The notes beneath the pieces were generated by a model. That model saw only the letters and a list, made by a program, of their open reading frames with translations, was not told the DNA's origin and did not search any database. Position numbers and translations under genes: made by a program. DNA of 62,161 nucleotides, filler included. It is 6 parts of 6 records of this genome, joined end to end, with 100 filler letters (N's around TTAATTAATTAA, not from the genome) between each part and the next. Parts side by side here need not be neighbours in the genome. Positions count along the whole stretch, not along the records: positions 24,926 to 35,128 come from DRR723986_18184; positions 35,229 to 42,971 come from DRR723986_18211; 4 more parts are not named here. One strand, 5' to 3'. How positions within the stretch are numbered: the first letter of the stretch is position 1; each line of letters opens with the position of its first letter. This document shows, in pieces, positions 31,018 to 39,333 of the stretch.

Positions 31018-31977
31018 TTGAATTTTCGGGCATTTATACAATCCTTCCTTATCGGCTTGCTCATGGCAGCGCCGATTGCGCAGGCACAGTTGATTTCGGT
31101 CGATGTACTGGGTATCGGGGTGGATGTTACCGTGCCAGGAGCCGGTAGCGGCGAAGATGATATTTCGGTGTTGTCGCTAGATGTTTTGAGCGACGATGCG
31201 GTGTTAGGGGCCGGAATCGCGGGGCAAGACATCCTTTTGCTGGGAGCGCCAGCGTCTCCTCTTGAAGTAGAGGGAGGGGCGAACGCTTTAGCACCCTTAC
31301 TCGATAATTTGGGCGGTGAGAGCTCGGTTATTGAATTCCTGCAAGACACCGCCGGAGACGGCGACATTATTCCTGAAGTGCTTACCATAGAGCTTTCCGA
31401 CGACACGCAAGCGAGTGACGAGGGGGCGAGGGTTGATGGTAATCGCGCAAAAAAGCCCTTAGCGCGGTCCGCTGCTGCGGCGCAGTGCCGTGATGCGGAT
31501 CGCGACAGTGTATGTGACGAGGTAGATCTCTGCCCAAACTCGCCTGCTGAGGCGATTGTATTGCCCTCGGGTTGCCATTTCGAAGCCGGGCGTACGCTGC
31601 GTCTCGTCGGGGTGAGCTTTGCCAGTGATACCGCTTTGCTCGACGCTTCTTCTGCGGCTACCCTCAGGCAGGCCGCCAATATCCTGAATTCACAGCGCTT
31701 TAAGAAAATTGAAATTGAGGTTGTCGGCCACACCGACGACCGCGGTGATGATGATTATAATATGCGCCTGTCTTTAGAGCGTGCTCAGGCCGTGGTACGT
31801 TTTCTCGCTGCCGAAGGTGTAGAGGTGCAGCGTTTGCAGGCAGTTGGCTTTGGTGAAAGACAGCCAAAGGTAAGTGTTGAGGGTTTGAGTGGACGTGACT
31901 TGGCCCAGGCTCGCGCAGAGAATAGACGTGTCGAGATGCGAGCGGCAAAGAACAGCGTCGAATCTGATGCTCGCTAA
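31018..31977 (+). CDS. OmpA-like peptidoglycan-binding domain protein with acidic low-complexity N-terminus
   Basis: Signal-peptide-like ..LLMAAPIAQA; OprF-type Cys/Asp linker CRDADRDSVCDEVDLCP..GC; GHTDDRG, LSLERAQAV, GFGERQP, NRRVE. Start is uncertain (30985 or 31018). Confidence 0.85.
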   Translation: MNFRAFIQSFLIGLLMAAPIAQAQLISVDVLGIGVDVTVPGAGSGEDDISVLSLDVLSDDAVLGAGIAGQDILLLGAPASPLEVEGGANALAPLLDNLGGESSVIEFLQDTAGDGDIIPEVLTIELSDDTQASDEGARVDGNRAKKPLARSAAAAQCRDADRDSVCDEVDLCPNSPAEAIVLPSGCHFEAGRTLRLVGVSFASDTALLDASSAATLRQAANILNSQRFKKIEIEVVGHTDDRGDDDYNMRLSLERAQAVVRFLAAEGVEVQRLQAVGFGERQPKVSVEGLSGRDLAQARAENRRVEMRAAKNSVESDAR

Positions 31978-31993
31978 AGGTTAAGGACTTTGT

Positions 31994-33697
31994 ATGGCAA
32001 TTGATTTACCCCCAGTCATTCCTCCCCAAGCGTCCACTGCTGAGCGGATCGTGCAGTACAGTTCTGCACGTGAAGACGCGGTGTACGAGGCAGAGGTGGC
32101 GGGCTATACGCTGCGGATAACTGGGAATCGTCACCTTAGCAAAGAGCAATTGGATATGTTGATGGCGGCGGCGAAAACGCCGGCTCAGGCGGTCAATGCG
32201 CTAAACCAGTCATACCATCACCTGGGACACCTGTTAACGACGATCTATTTCGCCCAGCGCGACGAGACAATTTTTGTCCATGTTATCAACGGCACGTTGG
32301 CCGATATAAAAGCGCCGGAGGGGATCAAAGAGCATTTTTCATCCTTGATTGGCGATAGCGACCTTCATCGCAGTGAATTCGATACAAAGCGCGTGTTAGC
32401 GAATTTAAAAAGTGACCGCGCAGGTCTCGACTATGGCATAAGCTATCAGGTCTCCGGGGACCCCAATGCCTTAACCATGGTATTCAGCGAGCGTGAAAAA
32501 GCTGACCATGATGCGACGGTGTTAAGCCTTTCCGCTAACAATTATGGCAATCGTTTTTTAGGACGCTATTTCGGTGGTGTCTCGGCTAAACATGATTTCG
32601 CCAATGGCCTCCATTTACAGTTTGTGTACGACCGAGCACTCACGGAACTCGGTGAGGTCAATGGTGGTGATTACTACGATGGCTATACGTTTCGGCTGAA
32701 CTACCCGAGCCAATGGGGGCTTTATGGCATCGAAGCGCGCCATGTCGAGTATGCGCGCTTTGCTGACGCCTTGGTGACTACCGCAAATGACCCTTTGCTC
32801 AGTCTGGGTACGTGTGACATTGCGCTGTTGTGCGCGCTACTCGGCGGTACAGGCACGTCGATAAACATTGGCGGTGGCGGCACCACAACAACGTCTGAAG
32901 AGGTGTACTTAGAGCATCGCACGCAATCCGCAGCGCTTACCGGCGAGCAGGTTTTGATGAGCGATAGCCTTTACCGCTTGACGCTCACCGAACGCGTGGA
33001 ATACATCGATTCCACTATTGATCTGCGCGGCGGTGGGGCACTGTTGGACGAGCCCCAAACCAACCTTGAGTTGGGGCTTAAGTTTAACCGCTTATTGCGT
33101 TTAGCAGGCTTTCCTAGCAGGTTAACAGCGCAGGCATTCATCGATTTCGGCTTGAAGTCAGACAGCGGCACCTTCGCCACAGACGACCGTCAAGGCGTGG
33201 TGTTCATCGGCAGAAGAACAAGTGAGTTTACTATCTTTAAGCCCCGTTTCTCGCTGCAATCCGCGGTGGTTGATTGGGCGAATCTAACGGCGAGTTTCAC
33301 CGGTCAGTACTCCGATGGCAGCCAATTACCGCTACAGCAGCAATACTATTTGGGAGGTAGCAACGGTTTAGCGGCCTACCTTCCAGGGGTGCTGGTTGGT
33401 GATTCGGGCCACTATGCGAAGTTGAGCTTTGAATCTAACCCACTGCCTTTCATGGGCTTGGAAATAAAGCCGTCTGTGTTCATCGAGCAAGGTTGGGTCT
33501 GGTACGAAGATGCACGCGGTGATGCCGGTGACACAAGAATGATTAGCGACGCAGGCTTCGCCTTAAAAGCTAGCTATAAGGACTATTTGAGCAGCGAGTT
33601 TGTGGTGGCCCACCCGATCGATGATGAAAATATCAATCAGAGCTTACTCGATGCTGCCGAGGTCGACTTCTTCTGGCGGCTTAAAGTCAGCTATTAG
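31994..33697 (+). CDS. ShlB/FhaC/HecB (TpsB/Omp85-like) outer-membrane transporter, atypical
   Basis: POTRA-like ITGNRHLS..LNQSYHHLGH, barrel-start NNYGNRFLGR, L6-like YLGG...GDSG, C-terminal beta-signal FWRLKVSY; AAGGA RBS before the ATG. Confidence 0.72.
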   Translation: MAIDLPPVIPPQASTAERIVQYSSAREDAVYEAEVAGYTLRITGNRHLSKEQLDMLMAAAKTPAQAVNALNQSYHHLGHLLTTIYFAQRDETIFVHVINGTLADIKAPEGIKEHFSSLIGDSDLHRSEFDTKRVLANLKSDRAGLDYGISYQVSGDPNALTMVFSEREKADHDATVLSLSANNYGNRFLGRYFGGVSAKHDFANGLHLQFVYDRALTELGEVNGGDYYDGYTFRLNYPSQWGLYGIEARHVEYARFADALVTTANDPLLSLGTCDIALLCALLGGTGTSINIGGGGTTTTSEEVYLEHRTQSAALTGEQVLMSDSLYRLTLTERVEYIDSTIDLRGGGALLDEPQTNLELGLKFNRLLRLAGFPSRLTAQAFIDFGLKSDSGTFATDDRQGVVFIGRRTSEFTIFKPRFSLQSAVVDWANLTASFTGQYSDGSQLPLQQQYYLGGSNGLAAYLPGVLVGDSGHYAKLSFESNPLPFMGLEIKPSVFIEQGWVWYEDARGDAGDTRMISDAGFALKASYKDYLSSEFVVAHPIDDENINQSLLDAAEVDFFWRLKVSY

Positions 33698-35033
33698 ACG
33701 GTGACGGGAAGAGCAGGGTGACAACACTGCCGCCTTGCTCGCGTGCGGCAAAACGTAGCTCGATGCCACAGCTGTCGGCAATGTCTCGCACTATGGCCAG
33801 CCCCAGGCCCTGGCCGTCGCCATATTGATCACCGCGTTTGCCGCGAATCATCATACTATCGATGTCTTCTTGTTCTAGGCCCTTGCCGTCATTTTCAATA
33901 AACAGTGCGACAGCGCCGTTTACCATCAGCTCGGCATAAACACATACCCGTGCATGACAGGCCTTACAGGCGTTATCGAGCAGATTGCCAAGTAATTCCA
34001 TTAAATCCTGCTCGTCTACGGGCGCGGTTGTTTGGTCGTTGAGCGCGACCTCAGCAGTAAATGACTTGGTGTGGTAAACCTTTTGCAGGGTGTGAATAAG
34101 CCTATCCACTAAGGGTTTAATCTGCGTTTTGGTGTGTAGTTGTTGCTGGCCGCTACTGACGGCCCTGCGCAGCTGGTAGCGAACAATATTATCCATCCTC
34201 TCGATTTGTTCGTTATGCTGAGTGTCGTCTAACTGGCCACTTTTTAGTACCGCAAGCGGGGTTTTCAAACTGTGCGCGAGGTCCCCCAGGGTATTGCGAT
34301 AGCGCTCGCGCTGCCGGCGCTCTTTTTCGATCAGTTGATTGAGGTTGCTGGTGATAGCGGCCAGTTCACTGGGGTAGTTATCGCCGAGCCGCTCGGCCTG
34401 GCCTTTCTCCAGTAAACGCAGTTCTTTCGCCAGTCTGCGCAGTGGTTTTAAGCCCCAGTATTGGATGACGGATATCAACAGCACAGAAAGAAAAGCAACG
34501 ATGGTCATCCATATCGCCATCTGCCGGCGGAATTGCCTCTGCTCTCGAATGAGATTTGTTTTTTCTGAGTACAGAGAAAAAACAATCGCCAAATCCTCAT
34601 TTTCCTCTGTTTCCCACAGGGCGCGGTAGCGGTAATAGAGGAAGGGTTTTTGGTCGATGAGCGTTTCGCCGGTAAGGGCCTCGCCAGGCCGTGATATTTC
34701 GAAGTTGTTGGGTAGCGACAAGGTATCGGCGCTTAGCGATCGCCACAGCTGCTTACCGTCGGGAGATTGTATGTCCGCGTATAGCCCGGAGCGAAATTGC
34801 CAGAAATCAGGCTCCTTGAGCCGATCGTCAGTGCGAAAGCCATCTTCTTCATTCCACTCAACGGCTCCCAATAGAGAAAAGAATTGGGCTTGGAGTCGGT
34901 TTTCCTCGGCTTTCAGCAAACTACTCAGATAAGCGCGGTCAATAGCAGCGGCGGTCAAACCCAGTAGCAGGGGCATAGCAATGATCATCGAGATGATGAG
35001 CCGACGGCTAATTGAGGAGCGGCGCGTCGCCAT
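33687..35033 (-). CDS. PhoQ/CarS-like sensor histidine kinase
   Basis: Two TM helices, HAMP, LGDLAHSLKTPLAVL, GNLLDNACK, GQGLGLAIV. Confidence 0.88.
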   Translation of the reverse strand: MATRRSSISRRLIISMIIAMPLLLGLTAAAIDRAYLSSLLKAEENRLQAQFFSLLGAVEWNEEDGFRTDDRLKEPDFWQFRSGLYADIQSPDGKQLWRSLSADTLSLPNNFEISRPGEALTGETLIDQKPFLYYRYRALWETEENEDLAIVFSLYSEKTNLIREQRQFRRQMAIWMTIVAFLSVLLISVIQYWGLKPLRRLAKELRLLEKGQAERLGDNYPSELAAITSNLNQLIEKERRQRERYRNTLGDLAHSLKTPLAVLKSGQLDDTQHNEQIERMDNIVRYQLRRAVSSGQQQLHTKTQIKPLVDRLIHTLQKVYHTKSFTAEVALNDQTTAPVDEQDLMELLGNLLDNACKACHARVCVYAELMVNGAVALFIENDGKGLEQEDIDSMMIRGKRGDQYGDGQGLGLAIVRDIADSCGIELRFAAREQGGSVVTLLFPSPSNS

Positions 35034-35128
35034 TATTGTTGCGAGTCCTCTCCCAGCTCGAAGCGATAACCGCGGCCACGAAGCGTGCTGATGGGCTTGA
35101 GCTCGCCAGTTGGGTCAATTTTCTTTCG
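35033..35128 (-). CDS. OmpR/PhoP-family response regulator, C-terminal fragment (5'-truncated)
   Basis: Manual translation RKKIDPTGELKPISTLRGRGYRFELGEDSQQ*; its TAA overlaps the kinase ATG. Confidence 0.85.
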   Translation of the reverse strand, partial: RKKIDPTGELKPISTLRGRGYRFELGEDSQQ

Positions 35129-35228
35129 NNNNNNNNNNNNNNNNNNNNNNNNNNNNNNNNNNNNNNNNNNNNTTAATTAATTAANNNNNNNNNNNNNNNN
35201 NNNNNNNNNNNNNNNNNNNNNNNNNNNN
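35129..35228. other. artificial contig spacer
   Basis: 44 N + TTAATTAATTAA + 44 N. Confidence 0.99.
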
Positions 35229-35804
35229 GTGGTTGGTCGGTTCGTCGAGCAGCAGCATTTCGGGGGCTTCGAGCAGCAGTTTGCACAGCGCGACGCGGCG
35301 CTTTTCACCGCCCGAGAGGTTGGTCATTTCGGCGTCATCGGGGGGGCAGCGCAGGGCCTCCATCGAGATGTCGATCTGGCTGTCGAGATCCCAGAGGTTT
35401 TCGGCGTCGATGGCGTCTTGGAGGGTGGTCATTTCCTCCATCAGCTCGTCGGTGTAGTTCTCGGCCATCTCGATTGCGATGGCGTTGAAGCGGTCGACTT
35501 TGGCTTTTTTCTCGGCCACGCCCAGCATGACGTTTTCACGCACGGTGAGGGTTTCGTCGAGCTTGGGTTCCTGTGGCAGGTAGCCGACTTTGGCGCCTTC
35601 GGCGCACCAGGCTTCGCCGGTGAAATCTTTGTCGAGGCCAGCCATGATTTTCATCAGAGTGGATTTACCGGCGCCGTTGACGCCGACCACACCGATTTTC
35701 ACGCCGGGCAAAAAGCTCAGGTGGATGTTTTCAAAGCATTTCTTGCCACCGGGATAGGTCTTGGAGACCCCTTGCATGTGGTAGACGTATTGATAGGCAG
35801 CCAT
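35229..35804 (-). CDS. ettA: energy-dependent translational throttle protein EttA, 3'-truncated
   Basis: HLSFLPGVKIGVVGVNGAGKST, LSGGEKRRVAL, LLLDEPTNH. Confidence 0.93.
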
Positions 35805-35910
35805 GGTGCGTCCTCTGGGTACAGGGAATTCGGGTTGGGCGGTGTGATAGCGGATGGGGACGGGCGGGGCAATGGACGTTGCAGCGGCGCAATTTGGCCC
35901 CGCGTCCGAA

Positions 35911-35977
35911 CCTAGGGGCGGGCGAGAAGCGCCCGCCCCTGGGGGCGGTTCGGGCGCTGCCCGTGCGTTGCACGGGC
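35911..35977. repeat. GC-rich REP-like multi-hairpin element
   Basis: CCTAGGGGCGGGCG-AGAAG-CGCCCGCCCCTGGG (14-bp stem), then CGGGC-GCT-GCCCG overlapping GCCCGTGC-GTT-GCACGGGC. Confidence 0.6.
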
Positions 35978-36253
35978 ATGGTTGGGTTGAAGCTCGTGTG
36001 AAAATTTACCGACGTTGATCGTTTGGAGCGCACTGACAATGGATTGGGGGCTTCTGCTGTTCTTCGCTACTCTGCGATTAGGCAAATGGGGGCGAGGTTC
36101 CCCTCCCTAGCATGGCTGAAAGCGTCTTGAGCCCAAATTTCCTAGCGGAAAATTGGTTTCCTTAAGAGCGGGAATGAAAATTTTTTCAATGCAGAATTGA
36201 CTGAATGGGTGGAGAACGCTTTTATGCAACCTATTGGTTATGTGGATTGTATT

Positions 36254-37612
36254 ATGTCAGAAGAGCTCCCTGAATATCTCGCGCAAGGTGAACAAGCTCG
36301 TTTATTCCCTGTTCTTTCCACAACATCGAAAGAAGGTCGCACGACATCAATTGTCTTGGCCTGTCTCGCAAAGGTCGATGAGTTCGGCGCTAGTTTACTT
36401 ACGAGCCTCGGGCAGCGGGTAGGTGTTCGATCAAAGATAGAAACTTACACTGAAGTTGTATGTACAAATCGTACATCTGATCAAAAAGATAGACCCGATG
36501 GTTTGATTGTACTGCGTACAGGGAGCCGGGAGTGGCGAGCCTTGGTTGAAGCTAAGGTAGGCTCCAACATTCTCAATGCTGATCAGATTGAGAAATATCG
36601 GCAACTGGCAAAAGACAATCAAATCGACTGCGTTATTTCTATATCAAATCAGTTCGCAACAACGCCTGCGACCCACCCGGTACTTGAAGTCAACAAAAGC
36701 AGATCAAAGATCCCTGTCTACCACTGGTCATGGATGCACATTCTTACAGAAGCTGATCTTCTGCTTAGTCGTAATTCGGTCTCAGATACCGATCAACGGG
36801 TTCTGTTAAACGAGTTAAGGCGCTTTTTGACACACGAGAGTGCGGGTGTGAAGGGATTTGATCGCATGCCCAAGGAGTGGGGCGAGTTGAACAAGCTTGT
36901 GTCTAGCGGTGGGATAATAGCGGCCAAATCTGCTGATGCGCAGGCGGTAATCAGCGCTTGGCATCAGGAAACTCGGGACTTGTCATTAATCCTTAGTCGT
37001 ATGACGGAAACCTATGTGGGCGAACGTCTACCTAGGAAGCATATGTCTGACGGGAATTTAAGGGCCAAGGATGAGCTAAGCATCCTAAGAGAAACGAGCC
37101 AACTTCTGGCTGAACTGGACGTTCCCGACGCGGCAGCGCCTATAAAAGTTGTCGCTGATATCAACCGCCGCAGTGTAGATGTTGGTATGTTATTGCGAGC
37201 GCCTGAAGACAAGGTATCAGCCAAAGCAAGGGTCAATTGGGTTTTAAGGCAGCTCAAAACGGATCGATACGAAGATCTCTATTTGCGATTGATGTGGCCA
37301 GGGAAATCGGAACCTACGCAATATTTGGTTTCTGCTTTGAAAGAAAACCCTGACGCAGCAGCAGAAGGAAAAGATCAACTTTCCCCTCATAGTTTCTTTG
37401 TGTTTCGCTCTAAGCATCTTGGGGCGCGTTTTGCTCAACAGGCTAATTTTATCGTCGATTTAGAAGAGATGGTTCCGGCTTTTTATCGAGATATTGGAGC
37501 GAACCTGTCAGCTTGGCAAAAGCGGGCACCAAGGATTAAAGAGGATCGTTCCACAGCAGAAGATGTCACTACGGAGGCAATTTCTGAAGACGCCCAAAAA
37601 TATGATACTTAG
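36254..37612 (+). CDS. hypothetical protein with N-terminal PD-(D/E)XK nuclease-like motif
   Basis: DRPDGLIVL..WRALVEAKVG..QIEKY..VISISNQ; visibly lower GC than the neighbouring genes; ATG at 36254 preferred. Confidence 0.65.
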   Translation: MSEELPEYLAQGEQARLFPVLSTTSKEGRTTSIVLACLAKVDEFGASLLTSLGQRVGVRSKIETYTEVVCTNRTSDQKDRPDGLIVLRTGSREWRALVEAKVGSNILNADQIEKYRQLAKDNQIDCVISISNQFATTPATHPVLEVNKSRSKIPVYHWSWMHILTEADLLLSRNSVSDTDQRVLLNELRRFLTHESAGVKGFDRMPKEWGELNKLVSSGGIIAAKSADAQAVISAWHQETRDLSLILSRMTETYVGERLPRKHMSDGNLRAKDELSILRETSQLLAELDVPDAAAPIKVVADINRRSVDVGMLLRAPEDKVSAKARVNWVLRQLKTDRYEDLYLRLMWPGKSEPTQYLVSALKENPDAAAEGKDQLSPHSFFVFRSKHLGARFAQQANFIVDLEEMVPAFYRDIGANLSAWQKRAPRIKEDRSTAEDVTTEAISEDAQKYDT

Positions 37613-37815
37613 GGTTCATTTGGATTTCTATGACTTGATCAGCTGAATCTGCTAACAGCGATTAGGAGCAAGTAGCATCCAGTATTTTATTTGAATGATC
37701 CATTCAGGAATTTCATGAGCCGCTATCGCTGCTTTTTCCCGGCTTGGTCCGGTTGGGCGATGGTGTGCGACCTGTTGATTGACAACATCTGCGTGGCGGG
37801 TCACTCACTTAACGT

Positions 37816-38442
37816 ATGAGATACTCCATTCCATATGCGCGGGCCGGTCAGGTGATTGGGTTGCTGGGCGGCTCGTTTGATCCGCCACATGCGGGGCATG
37901 TGCATGTGACGCGCGAGGCGATCAAGGCCTTTGGGCTGGATCGGGTGTGGTGGTTGGTCAGCCCCGGTAATGTGTTGAAAACACAGGGGCCTGCGCCTTT
38001 GGCGCGGCGGATGGCGGCGGCGCGGGCGGTGATGGATCACCCGCGGGTTGAGATCACGGATATCGAGGCGCAGATGGGCACGCGGGCGACGGTGGATACG
38101 CTAGAGGCCTTGCAGCGGCTGTATCCCGGCGTGCGGTTTGTTTGGCTGATGGGCGCGGATAATCTGGCGCAGCTGCATCGTTGGCAGCGCTGGCGCAGTA
38201 TCATGGAGCGGGTGCCGGTGGGGGTTGTGGCGCGGCCGGGGGATCGGATCTCGGCCCGGATGTCACCGGCGGCGCGGGCCTTTGCCAAGTATCGTCTGGA
38301 CGGGCAGGCGCGCCACTTGTTGGGGCGAACCGAGGCCCCGGCGTGGTGCTTTGCAAATGTGCCGATGGTTGATGTCAGTTCGACCCAGATCCGGGCGCGG
38401 GGTGGGTGGTCAACATCTGCGTTAGCGTCGGAGCAGGGCTGA
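37816..38442 (+). CDS. nadD: nicotinate-nucleotide adenylyltransferase
   Basis: [36 protein letters not shown]. Confidence 0.93.
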   Translation: MRYSIPYARAGQVIGLLGGSFDPPHAGHVHVTREAIKAFGLDRVWWLVSPGNVLKTQGPAPLARRMAAARAVMDHPRVEITDIEAQMGTRATVDTLEALQRLYPGVRFVWLMGADNLAQLHRWQRWRSIMERVPVGVVARPGDRISARMSPAARAFAKYRLDGQARHLLGRTEAPAWCFANVPMVDVSSTQIRARGGWSTSALASEQG

Positions 38443-39249
38443 GGCCAGACCCGAGCCAAGCACCAGCGCCAGACCGGCCCATGTATAGGCATCGGGCAGG
38501 TCGTTGAAGACGGCCCAACCCAGTCCGGTTGCCGCGATCAATTGGAAATAGACCATTGGGGCAAGTTTGGTTGAAGGCGCGCGGGTATAGGCCACGAGCA
38601 GCAACAGGTTGCCCAGCATCGAGCCCAGCGCGCTGAGCAGGGTGAGCGAGGCCACGGTGGGCGTCAGGGTGGGGATGTGCAGGATCCCTGCAGGTGTCAG
38701 GATCAGCCCCGCGATGAACAGTTGGGTGAAGCTGAGCGCGCGGGCCGAGCCGAGGTGAGACAGCCAGCGCGAGGCGGTCAGGAAACTGCCGTAGAAACAC
38801 CCGGCCAGCACCGCAAAGCCAAGGCCGGGTGAGGCGCCAAAGCCGGGGCGCACCACAAGCAAGACACCTGCAAAGCCGGTCAACATCAGGGCCGAGCGCA
38901 GCAGGGTTGCGGGTTCGCGCAGCAGGATGGCGGACAGTGCGTAGCTGAGGATGGGGCCGATGAAAAAGGCGGCAAAGACATCCGCAAGCGGTTCGGTTTG
39001 CAGCGCGGTTTGCACAAAGAAGATGCCGCCCGCCAGTAGGAGTGCGCGAAACCAGACCCTCCAATTGCGCAGCAGTGGAAAAGCCGCGCGCGGGGTAAAG
39101 GGCAGGATCATCAGTGTGCCAAGGGCAAATCGGGACCACGCCACGAACAGGGGCGAAGCGTCATAGCTGCCGGTGAGGAGCTTGCCTGCCATATCTCCGG
39201 TTGGGATCAAGGACATGGCGACGAACATGAGAAGGACAGCTTGGAACAT
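38422..39249 (-). CDS. DMT/EamA family transporter
   Basis: About 10 TM helices, duplicated EamA pattern, [13 protein letters not shown]. Confidence 0.88.
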   Translation of the reverse strand: MFQAVLLMFVAMSLIPTGDMAGKLLTGSYDASPLFVAWSRFALGTLMILPFTPRAAFPLLRNWRVWFRALLLAGGIFFVQTALQTEPLADVFAAFFIGPILSYALSAILLREPATLLRSALMLTGFAGVLLVVRPGFGASPGLGFAVLAGCFYGSFLTASRWLSHLGSARALSFTQLFIAGLILTPAGILHIPTLTPTVASLTLLSALGSMLGNLLLLVAYTRAPSTKLAPMVYFQLIAATGLGWAVFNDLPDAYTWAGLALVLGSGLASALLRR

Positions 39250-39333
39250 ATGTCGCGCCTATCACGGGAAACTTCCTTGAAAAACCCGCAAACTGACGCT
39301 TGTTTGCCATGATGCTGTGGGGTTGTATGGGGT

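Noticed and set aside
30990-31733. Long antisense ORFs (e.g. 30990-31733, 35229-35915, 38375-39139, 51330-51947)
   Set aside because: They are shadow or alternate frames of well-supported genes in GC-rich DNA, with no recognisable motifs.
29660-33697. tRNA-Pro-anchored integrative element or prophage
   Set aside because: No integrase and no duplicated tRNA 3' end (att) were found by eye. It is kept only as an accessory module.
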